Shown here: piece after piece, positions 9,018-18,132 of the stretch
Numbering within the stretch: position 1 is the stretch's first letter
Layout of the letters: every line of letters begins with the position of its first letter
Assembly (NCBI GenBank): GCA_036012755.1
Contig: DASCPX010000070.1
Coordinates: 96,001 to 160,000 of the forward strand
DNA: 64,000 nt
Reading direction: 5' to 3'
Source: Myxococcota bacterium
GTDB lineage: Bacteria; Myxococcota_A; UBA796; CAJQPC01
Translations under genes and position numbers: made by a program
Notes under the pieces: generated by a model
The model's input: only the letters and a program-made list of their open reading frames with translations
What the model was told of the DNA's origin: nothing
Databases searched by the model: none

Positions 9018-9739
9018 GCCACGACCTCGTGGGCGATCGTGAGCATGCCACTGAGATCGTTCACGTTGGTGGCGTCGCGCTGGCCGATGGCGGCGCGCAC
9101 GCTGCCCTCGAGAGCCTCGCTCTCGGCGCCCTCCGCGAAGTCCAGCACCCACTTGCCACCGGCGACGTAGACATAGCCGAGCACTCCCGAGCTGCCCGAG
9201 AAGCGCAGGTGGGGCCTGGGCCGCTCGGACACAAGCTGGCTCTCTTGGACCTCCAGCTGCAGGGGTGTGAGCAGGCTGCCGGGCAGCGGCTCCTGGATCT
9301 CGTATCGAACGCGACTGAGCTGCTGGAGGACGCGGTATGCGCGCAGCGGCGGTCGCTGTTTGTCGAAGGGCTGCACCCTCTGGTCCAGGAACTGCTCTGC
9401 CTCGTGCAGGCAGAGCTTGCGCCCTCTCTCCGGCAGGGACGCCAGCACCGCCATCGCCTTCTTCTCTGCGTCGGCTGCGCTCATGGCCCGGCGCACGGGC
9501 ACCGGTCCGAGGTCCCAGGCTCGACCCGCCTTGCGGTAGTGGTCCTGGAGCGCCACGAGAGCCCGCATCCGGACCTCGCTGATGTGCATCGCGTCGCCAT
9601 GCTTGAACAAGAAGGGTGCGTCATCGTTCAGCATCCCGACCATGGCGTCCCGGTCTTTTTTGAGCCGTCGGATGCCCTCGAGGCGCCAGTCCACGGCGTC
9701 GGCCTCGAGGAGCTTGTAGTCGTCTGGCATGTCACTCAT
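9014..9739 (-). CDS. Hypothetical cytoplasmic protein (candidate immunity protein)
   Basis: 241 aa, overlaps the toxin stop codon, no signal peptide; role inferred from position only. Confidence 0.6.
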   Translation of the reverse strand: MSDMPDDYKLLEADAVDWRLEGIRRLKKDRDAMVGMLNDDAPFLFKHGDAMHISEVRMRALVALQDHYRKAGRAWDLGPVPVRRAMSAADAEKKAMAVLASLPERGRKLCLHEAEQFLDQRVQPFDKQRPPLRAYRVLQQLSRVRYEIQEPLPGSLLTPLQLEVQESQLVSERPRPHLRFSGSSGVLGYVYVAGGKWVLDFAEGAESEALEGSVRAAIGQRDATNVNDLSGMLTIAHEVVA

Positions 9740-12700
9740 TCATGTGCTCCAGCGCGTCCATCGCGCTCACGTCGCGACCCTCGAGCGCGGCGGACTCGTA
9801 GGCTCGCTCGGAGGCCTGGAAGCTGCGCTCGAGCTCGGTGAGGCCGTCACGGGTCGCCGAGCGCGTGCTCTGGGACAGCGTCGGGGTGCTCCCGGAGGTG
9901 GCCTCCAGCGGGATGAGCTCGAAGTTGTCGTGCCCGAGGATCTCCTTGAGCCGGGCGTGGAGGTCCTGCATGTTCTCCATCGGAGCGTAGGCCCGGACGA
10001 GCCGCTGGCGCAGATCGATCGGGTCGTAGACGCTGCCTTCGCCACCCAGCATGCCGTCGGAGCTGACGCCCGGACGGCCCCGGTGATTCAGGCCCTGGCC
10101 GTCGAACTCGAACAACACCGGGTAGTTGTCGAGCTGTCCCGGGCCGCCGAGGCGCCGCGGGCTACCCTCTGGCAGCGCCAGCCTGATGTCCATCTCCGAG
10201 CGCAGCTTGCCGAGCTGGGACTGGAACTGGTCGATGTCGCGGCCGAACATCTGGCCCATGGGCCCGCCCATCTCGTTGTTGGGGATGCTGCCCCAGTTGT
10301 CCACGATGTTCTGGAGCCGGCGAATCTCGTCGTCGAGCTCGTCGAAGGTGTAGAGCTTGACGTTGTAGTGGGTGCTCGAACCGCCAGCGTCGGCGTATGC
10401 GAGCGCGGTCCCGAAGCCGGACTCGCCGCTGCCGACCGAGACGAAGTCCTTGCGGCCGGCCCGGCCGCTGAAAGCATCACCTTCTCCCGTTGCCTGTGTG
10501 ACGTTGCTCTGGTGAAGGTCCTCTGCCGAGAGGATTCGCCCTTGCGTCTCGTCGAGTCCGTCCAGCATGTCGCTGTTGGAACCGTGGTACATGGTCTGGT
10601 CGAAGTCGCCTTGGCTGGCCAGCTGTGCGACCCGCCGGGTGTAGTCGTCCATCGACTGGGGAATGAAGCCGTGGGCGTCGGTCAACGCCGCGCGAATCCG
10701 TGCGAGATCGTCTGCACCGACCTTTGCACCCAGATCGTCGAAGATCCGTGCGGCATCGTCCATCCTGTTCGCCCCTAGCGCGGCGTCGGCGCTACCGATG
10801 GCCTGGACGACGTCCATCGACATCTCCTCCAGGTCGGCCCGGACGAGTCCGTGGCGTGCCAGGTCATCCATCAGGCCCGGAATACGCCTGGCCTCGACGA
10901 ACGCGGACAGTGCCTCTGCGGGTCCACCGACGATGCCGCCGGTGGCCGCGCCGATGCCACCGCCACGAAGGACGGCGACGCCGAAGCTGCAGACGACTTC
11001 CCACACAGACTGTCGCCAGATCTGGGCGTCGGCAGCAGTCATCACGATCTCTCCGACCACACCGCTGAGGAAGCCCTCGATCGTCCCGCGCAGAGCGCCG
11101 CCTGCGAAGTTCCGGCCGGCGTAGCGCGCGGCCGCGCCGGTGGTCTCCAGCGCACCGGCGGCCATCTGGCCTGCGAGTCCGGTCCGGCTGAGTCCGACGA
11201 AGTTCGAGAAGCGCGCAGCCAGCCCGGCGCTCAGGACGGCGGTCGCACCGTCAGCGAAGCCGGTGGCTGCGTCGACGGCGCCTTCGGAGCTGATCGCGTC
11301 GTAGTGGTCTCCGGCCATGAGCTCGGAGGTGGCGACCTTCGCGGCGGCACCGGCGACGCCACCGGCGAGGGCTGCTGCGCCCCACTGGGACAGGAGGGAG
11401 CCGACTGCTGGCCCTGCGCCGCCGCCTGTGAGCACAGTGACCAGGATGCCGACCGCGATGGCGGCGACCATGCCCGCGATGTTGCGGATCATGTCGACTG
11501 TCTGGACGTGCTCCCGGTAGCGCTTGGCGAAGTTGGCATCCAGGGCTGCCAGCACTGCCAGCTCGTCGGCGGTGATCGCGCCGTCCTCCATCGCCTGGTT
11601 GTAGGCGGCGTCGAGCTGGACGGAGGCCTGGTCGCGGGTCTCGTCGGCGTCCGTGAGGCCGTCGGCCAGGGTGAAGGTCAGGAGTCCGGAGCCCAGGGCC
11701 ATCTTGTCCTGCATGCGGTGGTGGAGGATGCCCGCGGCCATCAGCCGCCCCTCCTCGGTCTTGAGCTCCTCGCGGGAGGGCAGTCCGATGAGCTGGTCCA
11801 TGGCCTGCTGCAGGTCGTCGTCCCCGAGCTCGGAGTCCATGCGCGCAAACAGCGCCTGGAACTCGCGCAGGCAGCGCTGCTGCTCCGGATCGGCTGGGGA
11901 GACCCCCTCTGACTGGAGCCAGTAGCCCATGCGATAGGTGGCTCTCTCCTCCGGGCTCAAGAGCGCGAAGGTCTGGGCGATCATCTCGTCTTCTGTGCCG
12001 TCCCAGCTCCCGCCGAAGGCCCAGTCCAGGGCGCGGTCGGTGGGGATGCGGCCGGTCTCGGCGCAGGTCCGGAGCATGTCGCGCTCCTCGGACGTCAGCC
12101 ACCCGCTGCCCATCAGCGTGCGCCAGATGGCTGGCCGCTCGCGGGTCATGCGGCCCCGGTCGTCAGATGACATGTTGCCGACGATGCGGAAGAGGCCCTC
12201 CTCGTCGGTGTCCATGCCGTAGTAGGCGTCCGAGAGGCGCTGCAGGTTGATGTCGTACTGCGTGCCCTGGGCGAAGGTCTCGGCCTCTGACTGCTCCGAA
12301 GTGTTGAGGTGGGTCAGGGCCTGCTGGACCTCCGCGTCGTTCCACAGCTGGTCGCGCAGGGTCTGGTCGCCGGCGCTGAGCCGATCGAAGGCATCGTTGA
12401 TCGAGGCCTCGTCGTCGTTCCAGAAGCCGATCGCGTCGAGGATCTGCTGCTTCGCGAGCTCGAACTGGGAGACGCCGATCTGCGAGCTGAAGGCCTGGAA
12501 CTCGTCCCCGCTGACGTCGCCGTGGAGGTCGCCGAGGAAGCCGCCCGAGACGTCGCCGTCCTCGTCACGCTCGACGGTCAGGAGGTTCGACTGGATGCCG
12601 CCGAGCTCTGAGAGGCGCTGCTCCAGCGCTGCGCGGTCCTCCTCCGACAGAGGCTGGCCGTTGGGGCCGACGTTGGTTCGCAGCAGGGCCTGGATCGTGC

Positions 12701-13958
12701 GCTCCTCGTTCGCCGAGCGCTGGGCGTGCTCGATGGTCTCGGCGACCTCTTCGTCTTCCGTTCCCCAGCCCTCCGTGGCGAGCTTCATGCGCTCTTCGAG
12801 GGCATCTGCCTCCGAGCCGAGGCACATGCGGCGAACGCTGGAGCGCTCGCTGTGGTTCATGAAGTCGAACAGGCCCGGGTTCTCGTTCCAGATGCGCCGG
12901 CGATCGCCGACGTTGAGATCGAGCAGCACGCTGTAGACGGCCTGCTCGTCGTCGTTGAACCAGTTGTTCGCGTTCTGGATGCGCTCGAGCACGACCGGGT
13001 AGAGGTTGTCCGGCTGCATGATCTTCCGAGCCTGGTAGTACTCGGTATCGTTCAGGTATTCCTGGAGGAGGCGACGCACTCGGCTGCTGTTGGCGGCCGC
13101 TGCCAGCTGGGAGCTGCTGGCGCTCCGGAGCACGTCGAGCATGCCCTCTTCGTCGCCGCTGTCCCACAGCCAGCCGGGGTCGACGTTGCTGCGCAGCCGG
13201 TCGTAGATCGACAGCTGCCGCCACAGGATCGACAGGGCCTCGCGGTACTGGCTCGAGTTGCAGTACTCGCGGAAGTCGCTCTCGAGGTTGTGGCCGGTGA
13301 TCTGGCTGTACTGGGCGCGGATCTCCTGCAGCATCAGCGTGGACTGTCCGCGGATCTGACGCAGGGCTTTTTTCTCGTCCTCCGTCCAGTGATCCAGGAG
13401 GGCGTCCTTGATCTCGTAGGCCCGGCGCCGAGCCTCCTGCCAGGTGTCGGCAGGGTCCAGCTGGACCTCGGCCGAGGGAGCCTGCTGCACCTCGATGCCT
13501 CCACCGCCGGCGGCGTCGCCTGCCTGCCGGGACTCGTGCTCGGCGGCGTCGTTGACCGAGGACTGGGTGCCCGGGGTCCCGGGCCCGAACTCGTGCTCCT
13601 GGACGAGGTGCGTGACCTCTCGGATCACCTGGGCCTTGTCGGGGTTGGTGTCCGCAAAGACCAGGACCGTGCCGCTGGCTGCAGCGCTGGCGCCGCGCCG
13701 ATCCATCTCCGCGTCCTGGCCGAGGTAGACCTGGACGTCGGACAGATCGATGCCAAAGAGGGCTTCCAGCTCCTCTCTGAAGGGCAGCGGGCTGGGTCCT
13801 CCTAGGACCCGGTCCTTCAGGGAGGACCCACCGCCGTCTCGCAGTCGCTCGGTCGCGAAGTGGTTGCCACGTGCGGCCTGGTTGCCGGGACCTTCGCCTG
13901 CACCGGTCCCGTGCTCAGCAGACCCCGACCTCGGGGACTGCTCACGTCGCTTTGCCAC
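9732..13958 (-). CDS. DUF4157 (eCIS-core) + annexin-like repeats + hydrophobic region + C-terminal ART-like domain; putative polymorphic toxin
   Basis: PLPFREELEALFGIDLSDVQVY..ASAAASG..REVTHLVQ (DUF4157-like); repeated GxxTDE/DDE annexin-like motifs; Gly/Ala-rich TM block; YHGS..VSVG..ALAYA..YPVLFE..GE..V tail; GGAG RBS before the GTG. Confidence 0.75.
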   Translation of the reverse strand: MAKRREQSPRSGSAEHGTGAGEGPGNQAARGNHFATERLRDGGGSSLKDRVLGGPSPLPFREELEALFGIDLSDVQVYLGQDAEMDRRGASAAASGTVLVFADTNPDKAQVIREVTHLVQEHEFGPGTPGTQSSVNDAAEHESRQAGDAAGGGGIEVQQAPSAEVQLDPADTWQEARRRAYEIKDALLDHWTEDEKKALRQIRGQSTLMLQEIRAQYSQITGHNLESDFREYCNSSQYREALSILWRQLSIYDRLRSNVDPGWLWDSGDEEGMLDVLRSASSSQLAAAANSSRVRRLLQEYLNDTEYYQARKIMQPDNLYPVVLERIQNANNWFNDDEQAVYSVLLDLNVGDRRRIWNENPGLFDFMNHSERSSVRRMCLGSEADALEERMKLATEGWGTEDEEVAETIEHAQRSANEERTIQALLRTNVGPNGQPLSEEDRAALEQRLSELGGIQSNLLTVERDEDGDVSGGFLGDLHGDVSGDEFQAFSSQIGVSQFELAKQQILDAIGFWNDDEASINDAFDRLSAGDQTLRDQLWNDAEVQQALTHLNTSEQSEAETFAQGTQYDINLQRLSDAYYGMDTDEEGLFRIVGNMSSDDRGRMTRERPAIWRTLMGSGWLTSEERDMLRTCAETGRIPTDRALDWAFGGSWDGTEDEMIAQTFALLSPEERATYRMGYWLQSEGVSPADPEQQRCLREFQALFARMDSELGDDDLQQAMDQLIGLPSREELKTEEGRLMAAGILHHRMQDKMALGSGLLTFTLADGLTDADETRDQASVQLDAAYNQAMEDGAITADELAVLAALDANFAKRYREHVQTVDMIRNIAGMVAAIAVGILVTVLTGGGAGPAVGSLLSQWGAAALAGGVAGAAAKVATSELMAGDHYDAISSEGAVDAATGFADGATAVLSAGLAARFSNFVGLSRTGLAGQMAAGALETTGAAARYAGRNFAGGALRGTIEGFLSGVVGEIVMTAADAQIWRQSVWEVVCSFGVAVLRGGGIGAATGGIVGGPAEALSAFVEARRIPGLMDDLARHGLVRADLEEMSMDVVQAIGSADAALGANRMDDAARIFDDLGAKVGADDLARIRAALTDAHGFIPQSMDDYTRRVAQLASQGDFDQTMYHGSNSDMLDGLDETQGRILSAEDLHQSNVTQATGEGDAFSGRAGRKDFVSVGSGESGFGTALAYADAGGSSTHYNVKLYTFDELDDEIRRLQNIVDNWGSIPNNEMGGPMGQMFGRDIDQFQSQLGKLRSEMDIRLALPEGSPRRLGGPGQLDNYPVLFEFDGQGLNHRGRPGVSSDGMLGGEGSVYDPIDLRQRLVRAYAPMENMQDLHARLKEILGHDNFELIPLEATSGSTPTLSQSTRSATRDGLTELERSFQASERAYESAALEGRDVSAMDALEHMNE

Positions 13959-14227
13959 GTGTTCTCCTGGTGCATGACGGAAATGTACCAGCCCGAGCGT
14001 GATCTCGCCCGCCGATCTGAGCTTGGATCAGGGAGGGGCCGCGGGTTGGGATTCCCGCGACCCCAGAACGGTCCGTGCTCGAACCGCAGCGCCGGAACGC
14101 TTATGTCCTGAACTGCTGCATCTGGTGTGGCAACCGGGCGTCGGCCGGGGTTCAGAGGAGGGGGAGGAGAGTGGCCTCGGGGGCCTGCGTCGACGAGGGG
14201 AGTGCGCGAGGGCGGTGTCGCACGCAG

Positions 14228-14276
14228 GCACAACATATTGGGGGTCGAATCGGGTGGTCAACCCAAGACCTTGGGG
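14228..14276. promoter_or_regulatory. Tandem NrdR-box-like operators
   Basis: GCACAACATATTGGGG (14228-14243) and ACCCAAGACCTTGGGG (14261-14276), 33 bp apart, resemble the NrdR consensus acaCwAtATaTwGtgt. Confidence 0.45.
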
Positions 14277-14381
14277 TCTGGCTGAAAGCGGTGGGGGAGG
14301 GCGCTCGCGGCGATCGGTACCCGATCGTCGAGACGATCACCCCCGCTCGTTCCGGGCCGTCGGGACGCTAAGCTGTCGCCC

Positions 14382-16112
14382 GTGGTCCTCTTGTTGCTGG
14401 CTTGCGAGCCCTCGCCCTGCGGGGTCGATCTGGACGGAGACGGCTACGCATCCGCTGCGAGCTGTCCGGCTGGGGACGACTGCGACGACCTCGATCCGAA
14501 GGTGCACCCATCGGCCTCCGAGATCTGCAACGGCCTCGACGACGACTGCGACGGCTGGACCGACGATGTGGTCGTGGACTTCGACGGCGACGGCTACTAC
14601 GCCTCCGGCTGTCCAGGCGGGAACGACTGCGACGACCTCGATCCGGAGGTCCATCCGGGCGCCACAGAGGTCTGCAACGGCGTCGACGACGACTGCGACT
14701 GGCGGACCGACGACGTCGACCGGGACAAGGACGGCCACTACCCCATCGAGTGTGGCGGTGGTGACTGTGACGACATGGACCCGACGCGCTCGCCGGATGC
14801 CACGGAGGAGTGCTTCGACGGCATCGACAACGACTGCGACAACTCCACCGACGACGAGGATCACGACGGGGACGGCTACTACTCCGACGACTGCGGCGGC
14901 GACGACTGCGACGACGACGACGACGAGATCCATCCCGGCGCCATCGAGCTCTGTGATGGGATCGACGCCGACTGCGACGGCGAGGTGGGCGACGTCGACG
15001 ACGACGGGGACGGCTACGGCGCGGAGTGGTGTGGCGGGACCGACTGCGACGACGACGACGCCAGCGTGAACCCCGGCGCCATCGACGACTGCGAAAACGG
15101 CGTCGACGACAACTGCGATGGCTACGTCGACGTTCGGGACACCGACGACGACAGCGACCAGCACCTCGACTGCGGGGGGCTGGACTGCGACGACCTCGAC
15201 CCGACCGTCTCGGGCAAGTTCGACGAGGTCTGCGGGGACGGGGTCGACAACGACTGCAACGGCACCGCCGACGACGCCGACCTCGACCGCGACGGCGTGC
15301 TCGACGAGGCCTGCGGTGGCGGGGACTGCGACGATCTGGACGAGCAGGTCCACGAGGGGCTTCGCGAGGTCTGCGACGGTGTCGACCGGAACTGCGACGG
15401 CTCGACCTCTGATGATCGGGACGGGGACGGGCAGAGCTGTTCCAGCGACTGCAACGACGGCATGCCGTTGATCTACAGCGGCCGCTCCGAGACCTGTGAC
15501 GGCATGGACAACGACTGTGACGGCTCGATCGACGAGGGTGTCGGCACCTGCGCGCCCTCTCTTCCCGGGGGCATGGACTTCGCCAACGGCGCCTCGGGCT
15601 GGGACCTGGACGGCTCCACCTGGGTCGTCGCCGACGAAGCGGTCGTGGGGACCGGCACCGGCAGCGATCAGTGGCGGGTGGCGGCGTACACGACGGAGTT
15701 CCTCAGCCCGCCCTTCGTCTACGAGGTCGACGTGACCCGCATCGGCGGTACGGGCACGGGGGACATCGGCATCTACCTCTCCAGGAACGGCGGCAACGCC
15801 GACGGCTACTACCTCACCATCAACCACGACAGTACGAAGGTCGAGTACGACATCGGGCGGCTGCTCAGCGGCAGCCCCTCCTCGACAACCGGCGAGGTCC
15901 ACACCCCGGTCATCATGCCGGGCAACGACCTACCCAACCGGCTCCGCATCGAGCACGACGGCAGCGAGCTGAAGTTCTACATCTCGGACCAGAAGATCCG
16001 GGGCTTCTCGGTCTCCAGCGACCTGGAGAAGGGCTACCCGGCCCTGATCTTCGAGGACCGCTCGGACGACTCGGTGAAGGTGGCCTTCGACAACGTCTAC
16101 GTGGAGAACTGA
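14382..16112 (+). CDS. Lipoprotein with about 10 MopE-type (putative metal-binding) Asp/Cys repeats and a C-terminal lectin-like beta-sandwich
   Basis: MVLLLLAC; repeated DxDGDGY..DCDD.DP.VHPGA.E.C.G.D.DCDG; tail ending VAFDNVYV resembles DUF1080/ConA-like domains. Confidence 0.85.
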   Translation: MVLLLLACEPSPCGVDLDGDGYASAASCPAGDDCDDLDPKVHPSASEICNGLDDDCDGWTDDVVVDFDGDGYYASGCPGGNDCDDLDPEVHPGATEVCNGVDDDCDWRTDDVDRDKDGHYPIECGGGDCDDMDPTRSPDATEECFDGIDNDCDNSTDDEDHDGDGYYSDDCGGDDCDDDDDEIHPGAIELCDGIDADCDGEVGDVDDDGDGYGAEWCGGTDCDDDDASVNPGAIDDCENGVDDNCDGYVDVRDTDDDSDQHLDCGGLDCDDLDPTVSGKFDEVCGDGVDNDCNGTADDADLDRDGVLDEACGGGDCDDLDEQVHEGLREVCDGVDRNCDGSTSDDRDGDGQSCSSDCNDGMPLIYSGRSETCDGMDNDCDGSIDEGVGTCAPSLPGGMDFANGASGWDLDGSTWVVADEAVVGTGTGSDQWRVAAYTTEFLSPPFVYEVDVTRIGGTGTGDIGIYLSRNGGNADGYYLTINHDSTKVEYDIGRLLSGSPSSTTGEVHTPVIMPGNDLPNRLRIEHDGSELKFYISDQKIRGFSVSSDLEKGYPALIFEDRSDDSVKVAFDNVYVEN

Positions 16113-16870
16113 GGCTTCCAGGTGTAGTCCTGGAACCCGCAGACCCGGCGGAACCCCAGGCCTGCGAGGATCGGGGCCGAGGTGTCCTCGAGCGCGACCA
16201 CAGAGGCCTCCTCCACGTCTCGTGCGCGCAACAGCGCGAGGCGGTAGTCGACCATCGCCCGGTAGACGCCGCGGCCGCGGGCGTCGGGACGGACCCCGCC
16301 ACCCATGAGGTAGCCGCTGCCCGGGGCCAGCAGCACGTGCGAGCTGCCGACATCGTCTCCGTCGATCGAGGCGATGACGTAGATCATCCAGCCGCTTCTG
16401 ATGTAGCGGACCATGTCCGAGGCGATGCTGGCCATGAAGTCGTCCGGCAGTGACCAGGCGGCGCCGCAGACCTTGGCGAAGCGCTCGGCGTCCTCTGCGC
16501 CGACCGTGGAGACCTTCACGTCCCCTGGCACCCCCTCGAGGGGCTCGGTGGCGCGGAGCATGCCCGCGGTGGCCCAGGAGCGCTGGAAGCCGGCGGCCAG
16601 GAGCAGCTCGCCCAGCTCGGCGGGCCGGCAGCTCGGCGTGACCGTCCAGCGGATGTCCGCCCCGGTCTCGCGATGGTGCTCTTGTGTGGCTCGGATGCGG
16701 AGCTCGCAGGCCCTGGGATCGAGCCGGCATCGCCGCACGGAGTTGTGGTTGCCGAAGAGGCTCGAGGGCGTCCGGTTCTCGAACCAGTCGGGCGTATCGA
16801 AGACCACGGTGTCCGGCCGCCGCCACGCGCTCGCGATGTAGGCGGCGACGACGACCTCGACGTCCGTCAA
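16097..16870 (-). CDS. GNAT-family N-acetyltransferase
   Basis: TTG start overlapping the upstream TGA; GGGVRPDARGRGVYRAMV (motif A), SAPILAGLGF (motif B). Confidence 0.8.
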   Translation of the reverse strand: MTDVEVVVAAYIASAWRRPDTVVFDTPDWFENRTPSSLFGNHNSVRRCRLDPRACELRIRATQEHHRETGADIRWTVTPSCRPAELGELLLAAGFQRSWATAGMLRATEPLEGVPGDVKVSTVGAEDAERFAKVCGAAWSLPDDFMASIASDMVRYIRSGWMIYVIASIDGDDVGSSHVLLAPGSGYLMGGGVRPDARGRGVYRAMVDYRLALLRARDVEEASVVALEDTSAPILAGLGFRRVCGFQDYTWKPQFST

Positions 16871-18132
16871 GGCACGACGCAGGGTCCGAACTCGCCCTCC
16901 AGTGCGGGACCGAGCTCGTCTTCGAGGATCACGTCGACCTCGAAGGGAAAGGACAGCGAGATCCCCCAGTCGTCCTGGACCAGGGACAGGGTGCGAAAGG
17001 TCTGGGCTGTGTGGCCGGCGTCGAAGGCGCCGCTCTGGCCGGTGGGCTCCCAGTCTGGCCAGTCGACCTCGAAGAGCTGGCCGGCGCGGGTGCACTCGGT
17101 GATGTCCGGGTTCTCGCAGCCGCTGTCGACGACGAAGAGCCGGTCCCCCTCTGGAGCCAGCTCGATCTCCCGGACGAAGCCGAAGCCCTCGAGCCCCTCT
17201 GGCAGGATGCCGTCGCCAAGGTAGATCGGGCCGTCCAGGTCGAACTCGGCGACGCCCACGGAGCCGTGGAAGCCCTCGTAGGACTCGCTGGCGCCCAGGC
17301 TGTGGGCGTAGACGAGGAAGCGCTCGCCCCCGACCTCCATGATCTTGCCGTGGTGGACCGCTGCGATGAAGCCCTCTGGCGGGTAGGACCAGGCGTGCTG
17401 TGGGTCGCTGGGATCTGTGACGTCCCACAGCACGATGCGGCCGGTGTTGCGCGAGGCGACGTCGGGGAAGTCTCCGCTCTTGAAGGTGGTGAGCAGCCAG
17501 GTGCGGCCGTCCTCTTCGAAGAGCTCGACGTTGTTCGCGTAGAGGAAGCCGTCCCACGCGGGGTGCTCGTCGTCGAGCACGGCGTAGACCTGCGGCGGGT
17601 CGCCCGGGAGCAGCCAGACCACCCGGGAGCTCAGGGTGTCGGCGAGGACGAGGTAGCGCCCGTCGGGGCTCGGCGTCGTCACGTGGGTCATGTTCAGGTG
17701 GCAGTCCCCGCTCCACCCGTCGCTGTCGATGCAGGCGCCGTCCCGGTAGCCCGGGAGGTGCTCGTCGTAGGCCAGGGTCTCGATCTCCCAGATCGTCGAC
17801 GGCGGGTGACCCGGTTCGAAGGCGGTGACGTAGCCGGGCAGGCCGCTCTCGATGTCCGTGTCGCGCCGGGCCCAGGTCAGCCTCAGCGACTCGAGACCGT
17901 CCTCGAAGGCGTAGTCGACGCCGAAGGGCAGGCACTCTGCGATCTTGCTGCTCTTGGCCGGGCGGCAGAGCTCCGGGGCGAGCTCGAACATGCACTGGGT
18001 GCCGCGCACGACGTACTCGTTGCGGTCGATCAAGGTGAGCTGCGAGCGCCCGGTCTCTACCAACAAGAGCGCGTCGCCGGAGGGGGGCTCCGGGTCGGGT
18101 CTGCAAGAGAGGCCGGTGAGGATGAGCAGCAT
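16867..18132 (-). CDS. Hypothetical lipoprotein, probable beta-propeller
   Basis: Start MLLILTGLSC at 18132 (TGATG overlap); short beta-strand repeats such as SPDGRYLVLAD and EGDRLFVVD. Confidence 0.65.
   Translation of the reverse strand: MLLILTGLSCRPDPEPPSGDALLLVETGRSQLTLIDRNEYVVRGTQCMFELAPELCRPAKSSKIAECLPFGVDYAFEDGLESLRLTWARRDTDIESGLPGYVTAFEPGHPPSTIWEIETLAYDEHLPGYRDGACIDSDGWSGDCHLNMTHVTTPSPDGRYLVLADTLSSRVVWLLPGDPPQVYAVLDDEHPAWDGFLYANNVELFEEDGRTWLLTTFKSGDFPDVASRNTGRIVLWDVTDPSDPQHAWSYPPEGFIAAVHHGKIMEVGGERFLVYAHSLGASESYEGFHGSVGVAEFDLDGPIYLGDGILPEGLEGFGFVREIELAPEGDRLFVVDSGCENPDITECTRAGQLFEVDWPDWEPTGQSGAFDAGHTAQTFRTLSLVQDDWGISLSFPFEVDVILEDELGPALEGEFGPCVVP

Noticed and set aside
13959..14381. 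tRNA or riboswitch in the large intergenic region
   Set aside because: No cloverleaf or riboswitch consensus recognised by eye; only short hairpins such as CGATCGG-TAC-CCGATCG near 14311-14327. An Rfam search would be needed to exclude one.
14382..15540. Asp/Cys-rich repeats as a novel repeat system
   Set aside because: They match the known MopE-type putative metal-binding repeats common in myxobacterial surface proteins.
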